From: a bacterium
GTDB lineage: Bacteria > Eisenbacteria > RBG-16-71-46
Assembly (NCBI GenBank): GCA_043779265.1
Contig: JAYWEM010000013.1
Location: 1-14,633, forward strand
Length of the DNA stretch: 14,633 bases
Direction of reading: 5' to 3'
How positions within the stretch are numbered: the first letter of the stretch is position 1; every line of letters starts with the position of its first letter. A program made the position numbers and the translations under genes. Shown here one piece after another: positions 1 to 7,628 of this stretch. Under the pieces are notes generated by a model that saw nothing but the letters and a program-made list of their open reading frames with translations, did not search any database and was not told the origin of the DNA.

Positions 1-2
1 AC

Positions 3-965
3 TCGGGTCGTGGCTACCGGCTCGAAGTGCGGGGCGGCAGCGAGGACGGCACGCTCGCCGTGCTGTTGATCGACCTCTCCGAGGAAGTCGCGTGGCGGCA
101 CCAGCTCTTCCTGCGCAACAGCGAGCTGACGGTGCTCAACGACATCGGCACCGCACTCACCGCGACGCTCGAGATGAACATCCTCGCGCGCCGGATCTGG
201 GAACAGACCGGCCGCATCATGGATCACTCCAACTTCTTCATCGCGCTGCATGACCGCGACACCGATCGCATCACGTTTCCGATCTGGGTCGAGGATGCCC
301 AAATCGAAGATGGCTCGCCGTCTCGCCCGTTCGGCAAGGGCCTCACCGAGCACATCCTGCTGACGAAACAGCCACTGCTGTTGTCCGGTGATGTGCTCGG
401 GCAGCTCGACCAGCTCGGTGTCGAGCGCATCGGCCGCGTGTGCAACTCGTTCATCGGTGCGCCGATCCTGTCGGACGGCGCAGCGGTCGGCGTGTTGGCG
501 GTGCAGGACTACTCGAACACCGCCCGCTACGGCCGGCACGAGCTGGGCGTCCTCGGGATCGTTGCCAATCAAGCGGGTGCGGCCATCCGCAACGCCCAGT
601 TGTTCGATACCGCGCGACGGGCCTACCAGGAGCTGTCGCAGGCGCAGAACCAGTTGCTCGAATCCGAGCGCGTGCGCGGCGTGACCGAGACGGTCGGCGC
701 GCTGAACCACGAGGTCAACAACCCGCTCGCCACCATCGTCGGCTCGGCGCAGCTGCTGCTCCGCCGCACCGATCTCGAGCCCGACCTGCGCATCAAGATC
801 GAGCGCATGCTCGAAGCGGGCCGCCGGATCCAGCAGGTCACGGGACGCATGGCGACGCTCATCCAGGCCACGTCGCGGCCCTATCCCGGCCACTCGGCGA
901 TCATCGACCTGCGCGGTTCGCTCACCCAGGGCGAGTCGGCCATTCCCGAGGAACCCGCGGCCTGA
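3..965 (+). CDS. GAF-domain sensor protein with C-terminal HisKA (DHp) domain and no HATPase_c domain; 5'-partial
   Basis: Frame is open from the window edge (no stop before the GTG at 27). GAF-like segment (ELTVLNDIG...FFIALHD...GLTEHILLTKQPLL...SFIGAPILSDGAAVGVLAVQDY...IVANQAGAAIRNAQLF), then a coiled coil and H-box ALNHEVNNPLATIVG. Ends 84 aa after the His without N/G1/F/G2 boxes. Confidence 0.88.
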   Translation, partial: SGRGYRLEVRGGSEDGTLAVLLIDLSEEVAWRHQLFLRNSELTVLNDIGTALTATLEMNILARRIWEQTGRIMDHSNFFIALHDRDTDRITFPIWVEDAQIEDGSPSRPFGKGLTEHILLTKQPLLLSGDVLGQLDQLGVERIGRVCNSFIGAPILSDGAAVGVLAVQDYSNTARYGRHELGVLGIVANQAGAAIRNAQLFDTARRAYQELSQAQNQLLESERVRGVTETVGALNHEVNNPLATIVGSAQLLLRRTDLEPDLRIKIERMLEAGRRIQQVTGRMATLIQATSRPYPGHSAIIDLRGSLTQGESAIPEEPAA

Positions 966-1767
966 CATCCGCCGCAGTGCACGGCGCTCGAGCCGCCTGT
1001 GCCGACTCCCGACGCCGCAGCACCCACATGGTGGTCTCGCGCTTGGGGCCCTCGCTCGCCGCACGCTCCTGACGCTCGAGGAACAGCATCACCATCGCGG
1101 CGCGGAACGGGTCCTCGGAGGCGATCGACTCGCCGGCCTCACGCAGCACGCGGTGCCTCGCGCGATCGGCCTCGCGCACCTGCCAGTGCGGCACGCTCAC
1201 CTCGCGCGCCAGTTCGTCGCCGAATGCCGTGAGCGCCGCGCGCACGACCGATGGGTCGTTCGAGCCGTCGTTCTGCCTCGAATCATGCTGGATCACCACC
1301 CAACCGCCCGGCTTCACCAGACGCCGCAGCTGGCGCAGCGTGTCGCGCAGATCTCCGAGCCGCTGCCCCATCGCCAGCCAGAGCACGCCGTCGAATCGCC
1401 CCTCGGCCGACAACATGCGACGCAGGTCATCGAGCCGGTAGCGGCAGCGATCGGCGACGCCGGCGGCATCGGCGCGGCGTCTCGCCTCGTCGATGAACGG
1501 ACTCATCGCATCGACGCCCAGCACCTGGACGCCACACTCGCGTGCAAGCGCACGGCCGGGCGCACCGAAGCCGCAGCCGAGTTCGAGGAACATCTTGTCC
1601 TTGAGCTCGTCGCCCCAGACGCGCATCGCCGAGGCGAGCGTCTCGGGTTCGCTGCCGAGCGCATCGAGCCCTGCGAACAGCCGCACCGCCTCGGGCAGCA
1701 GTTCGGGCGGACAATCCAGTGACTCGGCGACTTCGCGCGCGAGCGCTGTTCCCATCGATTCGCTCAC
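922..1767 (-). CDS. Class I SAM-dependent methyltransferase
   Basis: Motif I FLELGCGFG, acidic post-I GVDAM, then YRLDDL, FDGV and LVKPGGWVVI. GTG start overlaps the upstream hydrolase stop (GTGA at 1764-1767). An alternative ATG lies at 1755. Confidence 0.88.
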   Translation of the reverse strand: MSESMGTALAREVAESLDCPPELLPEAVRLFAGLDALGSEPETLASAMRVWGDELKDKMFLELGCGFGAPGRALARECGVQVLGVDAMSPFIDEARRRADAAGVADRCRYRLDDLRRMLSAEGRFDGVLWLAMGQRLGDLRDTLRQLRRLVKPGGWVVIQHDSRQNDGSNDPSVVRAALTAFGDELAREVSVPHWQVREADRARHRVLREAGESIASEDPFRAAMVMLFLERQERAASEGPKRETTMWVLRRRESAQAARAPCTAADVRPRVPREWPTRPG

Positions 1768-2636
1768 CGCGTCCCCTCTCCGGGTGCGAGCATGGCGACT
1801 GCCGGGATCCCCGGTTCGGCCCGGCCCAGACGGCGTACCGCCTCGGCCAGGACGCCGGGCTCATCGAGCAACACGAAGTGACCACTGTGTGCGACGCGCA
1901 GCGGCTGCAGGTCGCGGATCCGGGAGAGGCCGAGCGCGCGGGCGCAGTCCTCCCACGTCTCACCTGTCACCCACGTGTGCGGCGCGACCACGGCGAGCAC
2001 CGGGCACGTGAGCGCCGCTGCGGCCTGCGAGAGATCGGCGTCGAGTGCCACGTCGATCCACGCGCGTACCATGGCGGGGTCGAGTTCGAGCACCTCGCGT
2101 GCGAGCATCTCGCCCTGTACCGAGTCGCGGCCGAACGAGCGATAGACCGCGGCCACCGTTCCCGGGAAGTCGCGATCGAGCGCGGCGCGGAGACCGGCAC
2201 GTTCATCCGCGCTCGAGGCCGGAGCCAGCGCGGTCTCGACCAGCACCAGCGCGCGCACACGACCGGGCGAGCGCAGAGCAGCGAGTGTCGCGACGAGGCC
2301 GCCGACCGAGTGCCCGACCAGAACCACGGGGCCCGGCTCGGCCGCGATGACGCGCTCGAGCGAGGCGGCCGCGAGATCCAGCGTGAGTCGGCTCGGCATC
2401 GAGGACAGCCCGTGCCCCGGCAGATCGGCGGCGACGACACGATGATCGCGGGCGAGGTCGCGCGTCAGCGGCAGCCAAAGCGTGGAGCGGCTGCCGAGCC
2501 CGTGCACGAGCACGACGCTCGGCCCCCTTCCGATCGCGCCCGGGAGCACGTCGGCAGGTGGCGGCGAAAGCTGACCGCTGGCCAGAAGTGCGGCGAGCGG
2601 CAGCATCAGGATCAAGGGCAGGAGTCGTCGGGACAT
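1764..2636 (-). CDS. Exported alpha/beta-fold hydrolase (copy 1, catalytic Ser and His present)
   Basis: From ATG 2636: signal-peptide-like MSRRLLPLILMLPLAALLA, oxyanion VLVHGLG, DLPGHGLS, nucleophile elbow GHSVGG, C-terminal HSGHFVLLDEP. Confidence 0.9.
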   Translation of the reverse strand: MSRRLLPLILMLPLAALLASGQLSPPPADVLPGAIGRGPSVVLVHGLGSRSTLWLPLTRDLARDHRVVAADLPGHGLSSMPSRLTLDLAAASLERVIAAEPGPVVLVGHSVGGLVATLAALRSPGRVRALVLVETALAPASSADERAGLRAALDRDFPGTVAAVYRSFGRDSVQGEMLAREVLELDPAMVRAWIDVALDADLSQAAAALTCPVLAVVAPHTWVTGETWEDCARALGLSRIRDLQPLRVAHSGHFVLLDEPGVLAEAVRRLGRAEPGIPAVAMLAPGEGTR

Positions 2637-2804
2637 GGCGGATGGGGTCCCACAGGGCGACCACACCTGTGGTATCGGCCGCTCGAGGGCGTTTCTTCTG
2701 GCCTGATGGACCCCATCTCACGAAGACAGGGCGTGTTCCCGGCCCCCATTCGGCATATTATGGCCTCGGCGCCTCGTACCACGCTCCGCCCCGGAGAGCC
2801 GTGC

Positions 2805-5306
2805 ATGCCCCGCCGCGCACTATCGCTCGTACTCGAATCCATCCTGATGTTGGTGGTGGCCACGGCTTTCGCCGGTGGCCTGCGCGAGAATCTGTCGGCT
2901 GGCCCCTGGCTTCCTATCGCCTTCGGCTCGGGCCTCTTGTGCGCCTGGATCCTGCTTCGAGGCGATGCCCTCCTGATCGCCCTTGGCATCGGCATCACGC
3001 TCGGGCGCATGCAACTCGGAGCCCCGTTGCTCGATGCCAGCATCGTCGGCTCGGCGACCGTGCTGCAGGCGGCCATCGTGATCGCCGCGCTTCGGGTCTA
3101 TCGAGTCGACCCTCGATTCACGCGGCCCCGGGAGCTGTTCATCCACGTAGGCGCCAGTCTTCTGGGAGGACTCGTCCGCGCCGCCGCCGAGAACATGACG
3201 GCGGCGAGTTTCTATGGAGCAGCACACTCGGGTCAGGTGCTGAGCTTCGTGCTGGTCAGCCAGACCGTCGGCGTGATGGTCGGACTGCCCGCAGTGACCA
3301 CACTCGCCTCCGCCGGCTGGCTCGCGCGACTACGGACGTCGGACCGGAAGGCCTGGGGCACGGTCGCCCTGTCCGTGCTCGCATCCGCGATCACCGCCTA
3401 TGTTTTCTCGATGCGCGGCATCGGCGTCGAGCATATGAGGGTTGTCGCGTTCACCGTGATCCCGCTGCTGATGTGGATCGCGCTTCGCGGTGGGGATGGC
3501 ATGGGCGTGCTCGCATCCGCCTTCGTGATCGGCATCGCCGCCTACAACACCGCACTCGATCGCGGGCCCTATGCGCTGCTGGGAGTTCCTCAGTCGCTCT
3601 TCCTCGTGCAGACATTCGGCGGCGCCATCGGGATCGCCGCGATCCTGATCCACACGCTCGAACTGGGTCGGCGCAACGCCCAGCGCGCGTTGCAGCAACG
3701 TGAGGCTCGTCTACAGCGCGTGCTGCAGGCGAGCAACGATGGGATGTGGGAGTGGGATGCCGCTTTGGACCGGGTGGACATCAACGAGCGTGCCGCCCGG
3801 ATGATCGACCTGCCCGATGGCGTGACGTCGTTCCCGACCGATCGATCCCTGCGCTTCGTCCATACCGAGGATCGCGCGCGTGTCACGGCTGCTGTGGACG
3901 ACCACACCGCCGGTCGCACGGCCGGCTTCGAGGTCGAGTTGCGCGTCGCACGCCCTGATGCCGAGTGGCTATGGGTGCTGTGCCGGGGCCGGATCGCACA
4001 ACGCTCGCCCGATGGCATGCCCCTGATCGTCAGCGGAACGCTCACCGACATCCAGGAGCGCAAGTCGGCCGATGCCGAGCGAGGGGCGATCGAGGCGCGC
4101 CGACTCCAATCACAGAAGCTCGAGAGCCTCGGCCTGCTGGCGGGCGGTGTGGCGCATGACTTCAACAACATCCTGACCGGCGTTCTGGGGCACGCCGATC
4201 TGGCCCGCGAGGAGATCCGCGACGGCTCGATCGCACGTGCGCACATCGACCGCGTGATCGAAGGCGCACGAGGCGCCGCCGAGCTGACTCGCCAGATGCT
4301 CGCCTACGCCGGTCACGGCCGCGTCGAGTCGCGGCTCATCGACCTGTCGCAGCTCGTCGCCGAGATGGGGCATCTGCTGCAAGTGAGCATCTCGCGGCGC
4401 AACCGGTTGCGCTATCAGTTCGCTCCGGCGCTGCCCCCCGTCGAGGGCGATCCGGCGCAGCTCCGGCAAGTGGTGATGAATCTGATCCTCAATGCCGCCG
4501 AGGCGCTCGATCACGCGGGTGGCACGATCGTGATGCAACTCTCGGCCCGCGAACTCGGCGTCGCCGACCTCTCGTCGGCGTGGTTGGCGGACGCGTCGGA
4601 GTCCCTCAGGCCCGGGCTCTACGTCACGCTCGAGGTGCGAGATGAGGGCGTCGGGATGGATGAGGGCACGCTGGCCCGCATCTTCGACCCGTTCTTCAGC
4701 ACCAAGTTCACGGGACGCGGTCTCGGGCTGGCCGCCGTGCTCGGCATCGTGCACGCGCACCATGGCGCGGTGCAGGTGGACAGCGCCCCCGGACACGGTA
4801 CGACGTTCCGGGTGCATTTCCCGGCGCAGGCGATGCCCGTCGCGAACACGAACGAGGGCGGTTCACCGTCGCGTTGGGTTCTGAGCGGAGCGGTGCTCGT
4901 CGTGGACGATGAGACACCGGTTCGCAATCTCGCGAGCGCGATGCTGCGGCGAATGGGAGCGACGCCCATGGCTGTCTGCAGTGGCGCCGAGGCGCTTCAG
5001 GTGTTCGAGACGCACGGCGAGCAGATCCGCCTGGCGATCGTGGACACGACCATGCCCGGCATGGATGGCCCGGCCACCGTGGCCGCGCTGCGCGCGCGGC
5101 GACCGGGCCTGGCGATCGTCATGATGAGCGGCTGGCATGAACCGCGCTGGGACCCCTCGCCCCAGACGAGGCCCGACGCGTTCCTGCCCAAGCCCTTCGA
5201 CCTGGTGTCGCTGGCCGACGCCACGCGCACCGCACTCGATGCGAGGCCGCCCAAGGACTCGACTACTTCGCCTGAGCCAGTCGCTCCGCCGCGAACGAAC
5301 GGATGA
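2805..5306 (+). CDS. Membrane hybrid sensor histidine kinase (MASE1-like TM region, PAS, HisKA, HATPase_c, receiver)
   Basis: ATG 2805 with GGAG at 2793-2796. About 290 aa of multi-TM sequence with MASE1-like PLLMWIALRGG and RGPY. PAS (DGMWEWD...VHTEDR...WVLCRG...GTLTDI), H-box AGGVAHDFNNIL, N-box QVVMNLILNA, G1 DEGVGM, F/G2 IFDPFFSTKFTGRGLGL, receiver VVDDE...VDTTMPGMDG...MSG...PKPF. Confidence 0.93.
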   Translation: MPRRALSLVLESILMLVVATAFAGGLRENLSAGPWLPIAFGSGLLCAWILLRGDALLIALGIGITLGRMQLGAPLLDASIVGSATVLQAAIVIAALRVYRVDPRFTRPRELFIHVGASLLGGLVRAAAENMTAASFYGAAHSGQVLSFVLVSQTVGVMVGLPAVTTLASAGWLARLRTSDRKAWGTVALSVLASAITAYVFSMRGIGVEHMRVVAFTVIPLLMWIALRGGDGMGVLASAFVIGIAAYNTALDRGPYALLGVPQSLFLVQTFGGAIGIAAILIHTLELGRRNAQRALQQREARLQRVLQASNDGMWEWDAALDRVDINERAARMIDLPDGVTSFPTDRSLRFVHTEDRARVTAAVDDHTAGRTAGFEVELRVARPDAEWLWVLCRGRIAQRSPDGMPLIVSGTLTDIQERKSADAERGAIEARRLQSQKLESLGLLAGGVAHDFNNILTGVLGHADLAREEIRDGSIARAHIDRVIEGARGAAELTRQMLAYAGHGRVESRLIDLSQLVAEMGHLLQVSISRRNRLRYQFAPALPPVEGDPAQLRQVVMNLILNAAEALDHAGGTIVMQLSARELGVADLSSAWLADASESLRPGLYVTLEVRDEGVGMDEGTLARIFDPFFSTKFTGRGLGLAAVLGIVHAHHGAVQVDSAPGHGTTFRVHFPAQAMPVANTNEGGSPSRWVLSGAVLVVDDETPVRNLASAMLRRMGATPMAVCSGAEALQVFETHGEQIRLAIVDTTMPGMDGPATVAALRARRPGLAIVMMSGWHEPRWDPSPQTRPDAFLPKPFDLVSLADATRTALDARPPKDSTTSPEPVAPPRTNG

Positions 5307-6108
5307 TGGCCGCCAGTGTATCGGGCTGATCCTTCATCGCCAGATATCCAGCACCGTCGAAGCGCCTCGGCACGAAGCCCGTCGTGTCATCGAAGCCCAG
5401 TGACTGCATCACCACGCCCGGCGAGCGGACGTCGCGCCACCCGCGCTCGGTGACGAGCATGCGACTGATGCCCTGCACCGCCTTGGCGTCCTTGTTGGCG
5501 TCCAGTGCGAGCAACGCGCGCAAGTAGGTCTTGATCGTGACCGGAGGCGTCTGGGCCATGCTCGTGAAGAGCATCGCGCTCTCGGTGGAATCACGCCCCA
5601 TGCTCGAGAACGCCATCTTGAGGAACGTGTCGTAGCTGCCGTCCATGAAGTTCACCATTTGCTGGCGCTGCTGATCGGGAACCGGGATCGGCGACTTGAT
5701 CTGCGTATCGATCATCAGAAGTCCGCGAGCCCTTGAGGGATTGACCGCGAGTGCGCGCATGGCGATCACGCCGCCGACGCTGTGCGCCACGATGATCGTG
5801 CTCTCGGGATTCTCACGCGCCAGCACCACATCGAGCGCCTTCGCACAGGCATCGAACGAGAACGGGTCCGGCAGCGCACTGTCGCCCTGCCCCGGCAGGT
5901 CCACCATCACGACCCGATTCGTCCCCACCAACTTGCGCGCCGTGGGCATCCACTGCGACCGCGTGATCCCGAGCCCCGGCACGAACACCACGGTGGGCCC
6001 GCGACCGAGCTCGGTGGTCTTGAGCGTCGGGGCCTGGGCGTTGACGAGCGGCGCGGCGAGCATCACCACGAGCGAGAGGACGAGCATGCGGATGGACAGT
6101 CGCTTCAC
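5263..6108 (-). CDS. Exported alpha/beta-fold hydrolase paralogue (copy 2; catalytic His position is Tyr, possible pseudo-enzyme)
   Basis: GTG 6108 with AAGGAG 8 nt upstream. Signal peptide (M)KRLSIRMLVLSLVVMLAAPLVNA-Q, then VFVPGLG, DLPGQGDS, AHSVGG. C-terminal GAGYLAMKDQP aligns with HSGHFVLLDEP of copy 1. Confidence 0.88.
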   Translation of the reverse strand: MKRLSIRMLVLSLVVMLAAPLVNAQAPTLKTTELGRGPTVVFVPGLGITRSQWMPTARKLVGTNRVVMVDLPGQGDSALPDPFSFDACAKALDVVLARENPESTIIVAHSVGGVIAMRALAVNPSRARGLLMIDTQIKSPIPVPDQQRQQMVNFMDGSYDTFLKMAFSSMGRDSTESAMLFTSMAQTPPVTIKTYLRALLALDANKDAKAVQGISRMLVTERGWRDVRSPGVVMQSLGFDDTTGFVPRRFDGAGYLAMKDQPDTLAAIIRSFAAERLAQAK

Positions 6109-6252
6109 GGATGACGCTCCTTGGAGGGATGGCAGCCCGGGGGAAGCCAGGTGAGGGCCGCCGACCCCTGGACCATCGGACACTTGGGGCGACCGCGCGA
6201 CTGCACATCCGTGCCGTGCTGGGCACACGCGGATTCGCCTGAAATGTCTGGG

Positions 6253-6280
6253 TTGGACCGGTTCTGCCCGATGCTAGAAT
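6253..6280 (+). promoter_or_regulatory. Putative sigma70-type promoter with extended -10 for the 6353 gene
   Basis: TTGGAC (6253-6258), 16 bp spacer containing TG at 6272-6273, TAGAAT (6275-6280), in a divergent intergenic region. Confidence 0.55.
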
Positions 6281-6352
6281 CGCTCACTCAGTCGCCGTTG
6301 TCCTGGCGACCGCCTCAGAAGCCCGCTCCCTCACGTGCCAGAGAGGCCCTCC

Positions 6353-7063
6353 ATGATCCGTCGGCTACTCGCCAGCTTCGCGCTGAGTATCGTTTTCGCA
6401 TCGGCCCCGCAGGCGCAGATCATCACATTCGAGACCGATCCGGCCGGAGCGACCGCGGTGGATGATGCCGTGCTCGGACTCGCCTCCGCGTTCACGGTGG
6501 GAGCCTTGAGCATCACGTTCGGATTCGACGGCGATCTGAACGGGATCCCCGAGACCACCGCGAGTTTCGAGCGGACGGGCCCCGATGTCATCGACGGATT
6601 CGTCGGGTGCAATGGCCGCGACGTCGCCGCCACGGGCTTAGGGCCGCAGCTGGGCGGCTTCTTCCTGCGCGGAAACCCCGGTGCCGACTTCGGCCTGCTC
6701 ATCATCGACTATGCGGGCGGTGTCGTGAACGGCGCCTCGGGCGAGATCTGGGACATCGACGGACTCACCAATGGCACCGAACAGTATCGCGTGCGGGCAT
6801 TCGATACCGGAAACGTGCTGCTCGCCACGATCGACTCGCCGCTCAGCACCCAGGACAGCGGCTGCCTGAACACCGAACTCGATGGCAAGCCATGGACCTT
6901 CGACTTCTCGGGCACACCGGGCATCGCGCGCATCACGATCGACTTCATCGGGTCGAAGACCAACGGCATCGGGCTCGCGTTCAACAATTTCAACGCGACC
7001 GGAGAGCAGCCGGTACCGGTCACGCCCGGGTCGTGGGGCCGCATCAAGACCGCGTATCGCTGA
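6353..7063 (+). CDS. Exported hypothetical protein with putative C-terminal SWGxIKxxYR sorting motif
   Basis: ATG 6353 with GAGAGG upstream. Signal peptide MIRRLLASFALSIVFASAPQA-Q, a Gly/Asp/Thr/Phe-rich beta-type body, and a Pro-rich linker followed by SWGRIKTAYR-stop. Confidence 0.85.
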   Translation: MIRRLLASFALSIVFASAPQAQIITFETDPAGATAVDDAVLGLASAFTVGALSITFGFDGDLNGIPETTASFERTGPDVIDGFVGCNGRDVAATGLGPQLGGFFLRGNPGADFGLLIIDYAGGVVNGASGEIWDIDGLTNGTEQYRVRAFDTGNVLLATIDSPLSTQDSGCLNTELDGKPWTFDFSGTPGIARITIDFIGSKTNGIGLAFNNFNATGEQPVPVTPGSWGRIKTAYR

Positions 7064-7076
7064 GGGTTCGAGGCGA

Positions 7077-7529
7077 TCAGGTGACCCGCTGACGAAGATA
7101 CTCGACGACAGCCGTCCAGTCCGGAAACGCCGGGCTGGCGAAGTGCAGCCACTCCCCGGCGAATCGCTCCGCGCCATTGTTCTTGCGGTCGTCCACCAGG
7201 AAGTGGCCGGCGTTCAGGTTCTTGTGATGCGAGAGGATCAGGCGCTTGTACCCCCGCTCGCCCAAGTGCTGCTTCACCCAAAGCAGTTCGTCCGACCAGG
7301 CCGAAGCGTTCTCCCACGGCGCCGTCGACAGGATGTAGGTGTCGAAGAGCGCCGACAACTCCTGGAACGACTCGACCGCCCCGGGCAATGGGTCCATGAG
7401 CGCGAAGATCCCCGGCACTTCGTCCATTCGGCCCTCGTACCGGGCCTGGATCTCAGCCGGGACCCGGGCGATTCCGCTGCCGAAGTCCACGAGCACGTTG
7501 TCCATGTCGACATAGAGCGTCTTCTTCAT
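7077..7529 (-). CDS. 5'(3')-deoxyribonucleotidase, NT5C family (HAD superfamily)
   Basis: HAD motif I LYVDMDNVLVDF, motif II ILSTAPW, LILSHHK, motif IV LVDDR, and family-typical C-terminal FPDW. GAGGAG lies upstream of the ATG. Confidence 0.9.
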   Translation of the reverse strand: MKKTLYVDMDNVLVDFGSGIARVPAEIQARYEGRMDEVPGIFALMDPLPGAVESFQELSALFDTYILSTAPWENASAWSDELLWVKQHLGERGYKRLILSHHKNLNAGHFLVDDRKNNGAERFAGEWLHFASPAFPDWTAVVEYLRQRVT

Positions 7530-7621
7530 TTTGTCGTGGGCTCCTCTAGAGCCTCAGCGACCTCGTCGTGCACCATTGTCTTGATCAGGCAGAACGTGTT
7601 CCCGGACGGATCGAGGATACA
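7526..7621 (-). pseudogene. C-terminal remnant of a VOC/glyoxalase-family gene
   Basis: Translates CILDPSGNTFCLIKTMVHDEVAEALEEPTTK*. DPxGNxFCL is the typical VOC C-terminal motif. Its TGA overlaps the NT5C ATG (ATGA). No start codon precedes the motif before an in-frame TAA inside the MOSC 3' end. Confidence 0.6.
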
Positions 7622-7628
7622 CTCATGC

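Noticed and set aside
1719..2804. 362-aa N-terminal extension making the kinase a 1195-aa ORF
   Set aside because: Mostly the antisense shadow of the hydrolase gene (Arg/His-rich, no domain). The kinase has an SD-supported ATG at 2805.
2558..3703. 381-aa ORF overlapping the kinase in another frame
   Set aside because: Arg-rich off-frame read with no recognisable domain.
6291..6310. GTCGCC/GGCGAC hairpin in the putative 5' UTR as a riboswitch or ncRNA
   Set aside because: Only a 6-bp stem in GC-rich DNA, with no recognisable aptamer consensus.
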